64,000 bases of DNA from positions 129,023 to 193,022 of the forward strand of contig CAWJLN010000001.1 of the NCBI GenBank assembly GCA_963843735.1. The letters are read 5' to 3'. Each line of letters opens with the position of its first letter. The first letter of the stretch is position 1. Source of the DNA: an uncultured Gammaproteobacteria bacterium (GTDB lineage Bacteria > Pseudomonadota > Gammaproteobacteria > JAKDMP01). Made by a program: the position numbers and the translations under genes. The notes below the pieces were generated by a model. It searched no databases. It saw nothing but the letters and a program-made list of their open reading frames with translations, and had not been told where the DNA came from. Shown piece by piece: positions 63,392 to 64,000 of this stretch.

Positions 63392-63499
63392 CTCCTCTTT
63401 CCGCTTAGGCTGAGGAGGGGTTTTAAGCATCCGGCGCAATGTTTCATCAAACCCTGGCTCATTGTCTTTTCGCTTCTGATCTTTAGGGGATTTAGCCAT
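63371..63499 (-). CDS. possible small basic protein (42 aa)
   Basis: Own translation: MAKSPKDQKRKDNEPGFDETLRRMLKTPPQPKRKEEKKKPEK*. GGAGAGG sits 7 nt upstream. The ORF ends in the terminator hairpin. It is too short for the ORF track. Confidence 0.3.
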   Translation of the reverse strand: MAKSPKDQKRKDNEPGFDETLRRMLKTPPQPKRKEEKKKPEK

Positions 63500-64000
63500 G
63501 CCTCAACCTCTCCATAACCCTACGGGAATCTTTATTGTGCCTGACGGAGTTTTGCACCGTCGGGAATTGGCTGAATGGATTGGAAATATATGCGCAAACT
63601 GGACGAACATAGAAACCATTCTTTCACAAATATATGCAACGCTTCTAGGTGACGATTTGCCAAAACCACCGCTTGTAGTCGCACCCATTGCCCACCCAGT
63701 AGGACACATGATATTTTCCAGCCTAAACAGTTTAAACGCAAAACTAGACCTATTGGAAAGCCTGATTGAATACAGAGAAGGCAAAGAAACCCGTATTTCA
63801 TTTAACAAAACATTGCGCCCCAAGATTGCCAAAGCCTCCAAACAACGCAATGATGTAATTCACTCACAATGGGCGCTCTCTAACCAATACCCAGATGCGC
63901 TTATTGCTATTCATCCTTCCAAAAAAGCCATGTTATACAAACCCAAAGACTTTGAAGAAATATCTACCCGAATTTTGGAGTTGCAAACACCTCTCTGGGA
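63498..64000 (+). CDS. partial CDS (runs off right edge): alpha-helical protein with an R-N-x3-H (HEPN-like) motif
   Basis: Own translation: MPQPLHNPTGIFIVPDGVLHRRELAEWIGNICANWTNIETILSQIYATLLGDD...KIAKASKQRNDVIHSQWALSNQYPD...ILELQTPLW. 167 codons without a stop in ~42% GC DNA. AGGGGA RBS. Confidence 0.5.
   Translation, partial: MPQPLHNPTGIFIVPDGVLHRRELAEWIGNICANWTNIETILSQIYATLLGDDLPKPPLVVAPIAHPVGHMIFSSLNSLNAKLDLLESLIEYREGKETRISFNKTLRPKIAKASKQRNDVIHSQWALSNQYPDALIAIHPSKKAMLYKPKDFEEISTRILELQTPLW

Noticed and set aside
63503-63850. 115-aa and 89-aa minus-strand ORFs
   Set aside because: They are antisense to a longer, RBS-preceded plus-strand ORF that remains open to the window edge. The plus-strand frame is the more likely gene.

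Overview
This 64-kb window comes from a high-GC proteobacterial chromosome. Hand-counted 60-nt lines in the core run about 65-77% GC. The synteny is gammaproteobacterial in type: mutS / pncC-thpR-recA-recX-alaS-csrA-tRNA-Ser-tRNA-Arg.

The left ~38 kb is mostly housekeeping: a gldA/F/G-like ABC operon, a desaturase, adk, pfk, rpmB-rpmG, a divergent inositol-1-phosphate synthase + CDP-alcohol phosphatidyltransferase pair, rnd, mpl, a PatZ-like acetyltransferase, ahcY with an SAH riboswitch, metK, a PKD/beta-propeller lipoprotein, fmdB-DUF502-aspS, mutS, recA, alaS and csrA. This backbone is punctuated by an IS5-family insertion that can be reconstructed exactly, a 109-bp MITE-like element, two REP-type repeat families and three type II toxin-antitoxin pairs (vapBC, relBE/parDE-like, hicBA).

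The right ~25 kb lies next to the tRNA genes and has lower GC (sample lines ~38-48%). It is a capsule/EPS locus: wzi-wzb-wza-wzc, then a variable block with methyl- and acetyltransferases, GH16, wzx, wzy, four glycosyltransferases, gmd-fcl, a sulfotransferase, a phosphoglycosyl transferase and an aminotransferase. It ends at an IS1595-family transposase and an unassigned AT-rich segment.

The most unusual observations are:
1. A family of ~80-90-nt four-hairpin elements inserted exactly after TCGA in tRNA T- and D-loops, with compensatory stem changes between copies.
2. A single ORF fusing an APS-reductase (sulfite-producing) domain to a UDP-sulfoquinovose synthase (sulfite-consuming) domain inside the EPS locus, alongside a PAPS-type sulfotransferase.
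3. REP-type arrays with 111- and 114-bp periods that stay in frame between ATGA-coupled start codons and lipobox signal peptides on both sides of wzb.
4. A ~245-bp low-GC patch with a ~28-codon insertion inside alaS.
5. A decayed recA'-recX' duplicate that brackets the TA insertions.

At least six genes, including essential alaS, carry apparent single-nucleotide frameshifts. Assembly indel errors are therefore a serious alternative to pseudogenisation. Nothing was searched against any database. Every family name comes from motif recognition by eye.
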